Positions 62,766 to 64,000 of a stretch of 64,000 bases of DNA are shown here, piece by piece; position 1 is the first letter of the stretch, and every line of letters begins with the position of its first letter. Origin of the DNA: a phage. The translations under genes and the position numbers were made by a program. Under the pieces are notes generated by a model. It ran no database searches, was not told the DNA's origin, and saw only the letters and a list, made by a program, of their open reading frames with translations. The DNA lies in the sequence record OZ335962.1; one strand, 5' to 3'.

Positions 62766-63939
62766 TAAATTCTTCCATATCACTTAACTGATCTAGGTCA
62801 GTTTCTAAATCAGCTGCTGATTTACTTTTACTTTCTGGAGATTTAAATTTTTCAACCTTTGAGTTAATCAATTCATCAACTTCAGCTTCAACAATTTCAT
62901 TACTATCAATAGCACCTAACTGATAAGCGCGTTTAATAGCATCTCGGAATGGCTGATGCTTAAATAAAGGACCCCAGAATGTAGTGCAGTTGGTATCTTT
63001 TGCACGCCAAGATTTTTCTTCGCGAATCATCTCGCCGGTTTCTTCATCAAGAAATTCACGAGCATACCAGCCATTTTTAGGTTTTACCACAAATCCTAAT
63101 TCAAGAGCCATATCTAACAATCCAGAATAAGGATCGATACCACCGTCAAATTTAACATCAATAAAGAATTTACTTTTTTCTTTAACGGTACGAGATTTTT
63201 CTACATTTAGAACAAACTGATACCCCTGAAGATCTGAACCATCTTTAATCTGGCGCTTACCGATAATGAATACGGTATCAGCCGAATACATTACGCCTGT
63301 ACCACCTGTCATCACGGTTTTACTAAACATTTCAATTGTTTCAATTGTATGGTTAACCGCAACACATGGAATATTTTTAATGCTAAAATAAGGAGTAACA
63401 ATACGGAATAATGACTTCAGTGATTTAGCACGAGTCATATCTGCCACAGATTTTTCATTCAAGGCATCTTCCGTTTCTTTCTTAGAAGCCATATTACCAA
63501 TTGAGTCGATGAATACAATAACTTTTTCACCACGCTCAATAGCTTCAAGCTGATTCACCATATCAATTTTCAGCTGTTCAACTGACTGGATTGGTGTATG
63601 AATTACTCGTTCCGGGTCAACTCCCATGGATCGCAAATAAGCTGGAGTAATACCAAATTCGCTATCATAGAATAGACATACCGCGTCAGGATATTTGTTC
63701 AAATACGCCGCAACCATAGTCAAAGACATATTTGATTTAAAGTGTTTAGAAGGACCTGCAAAAATGGTTAAACCAGACTGCATACCACCATCAATCGCAC
63801 CAGAAATAGCGATATTAAGCATTGGGATTTTTGTACGGATTACATCCTTTTCATTAAAGAATTTAGATGTAGTCAGTTCAGCAGTCATTTTAGAAGTGGA
63901 AGCTTTAATCAAACGGGATTTTAAATCTGCAATAGACAT
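62758..63939 (-). CDS. uvsX: UvsX recombinase (RecA-like)
   Basis: 393 aa starting MSIADLKSRLIKASTSKMTAELTTSKFFNEKD; Walker A GPSKHFKS; near-identical to T4 UvsX from memory. Confidence 0.95.
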   Translation of the reverse strand: MSIADLKSRLIKASTSKMTAELTTSKFFNEKDVIRTKIPMLNIAISGAIDGGMQSGLTIFAGPSKHFKSNMSLTMVAAYLNKYPDAVCLFYDSEFGITPAYLRSMGVDPERVIHTPIQSVEQLKIDMVNQLEAIERGEKVIVFIDSIGNMASKKETEDALNEKSVADMTRAKSLKSLFRIVTPYFSIKNIPCVAVNHTIETIEMFSKTVMTGGTGVMYSADTVFIIGKRQIKDGSDLQGYQFVLNVEKSRTVKEKSKFFIDVKFDGGIDPYSGLLDMALELGFVVKPKNGWYAREFLDEETGEMIREEKSWRAKDTNCTTFWGPLFKHQPFRDAIKRAYQLGAIDSNEIVEAEVDELINSKVEKFKSPESKSKSAADLETDLDQLSDMEEFNE

Positions 63940-64000
63940 TCATTTTTTCCATAGGCATCATTATATTTTCCTCACTGGTTAAAGATAGAGTAATTATAAC

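Noticed and set aside
63940-64000. Possible 3' end of the gene upstream of uvsX (beta-glucosyltransferase position in T4)
   Set aside because: Only about 60 nt are in the window and two frames remain open. Too little sequence to call a feature.

Overview
This window reads as about 64 kb of a T-even (T4-like, Tevenvirinae) phage genome, roughly 35% GC, densely packed with genes. Gene order is collinear with T4 from gene 30 (DNA ligase, 5' end only) through rIII, 31, cd, pseT, spanins, alc, 63/rnlA, denA, nrdB, nrdA, td, frd, 32, 59, 33, dsbA, rnh, the plus-strand late block 34-35-36-37-38-t, then asiA, motA, 52, stp, ndd, denB, rIIB, rIIA, 39, dexA, dda, srd, modA, modB, soc, 56, 61, sp, dmd, 41, 40 and uvsX. 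Protein identities are called by recognising near-identity to T4 proteins from memory plus catalytic motifs; no database search was run, so T4 decimal gene names and absence calls (dam, segF, mobE, mobA, introns) are recollection. Several ORF-track entries start on TTG/GTG or carry N-terminal extensions; I moved starts to the ATG with a Shine-Dalgarno match where T4 length or sequence supports it. The phage is not T4 itself: td and nrdB are uninterrupted, no homing endonuclease gene is visible, gene 39 is a single 605-codon ORF, and gp37/gp38 are the T2/T6 type. I do not see a large foreign multi-gene insertion. The best candidates for undescribed biology are local: a plus-strand 66-aa membrane protein gene where I expect dam, a 68-aa gene spliced between frd and td by start/stop overlaps, a 396-bp ORF-free GC-richer stretch after rIII, a chain of translationally coupled 28-52 aa membrane peptides, and dyad symmetries with compensatory changes inside early promoters.
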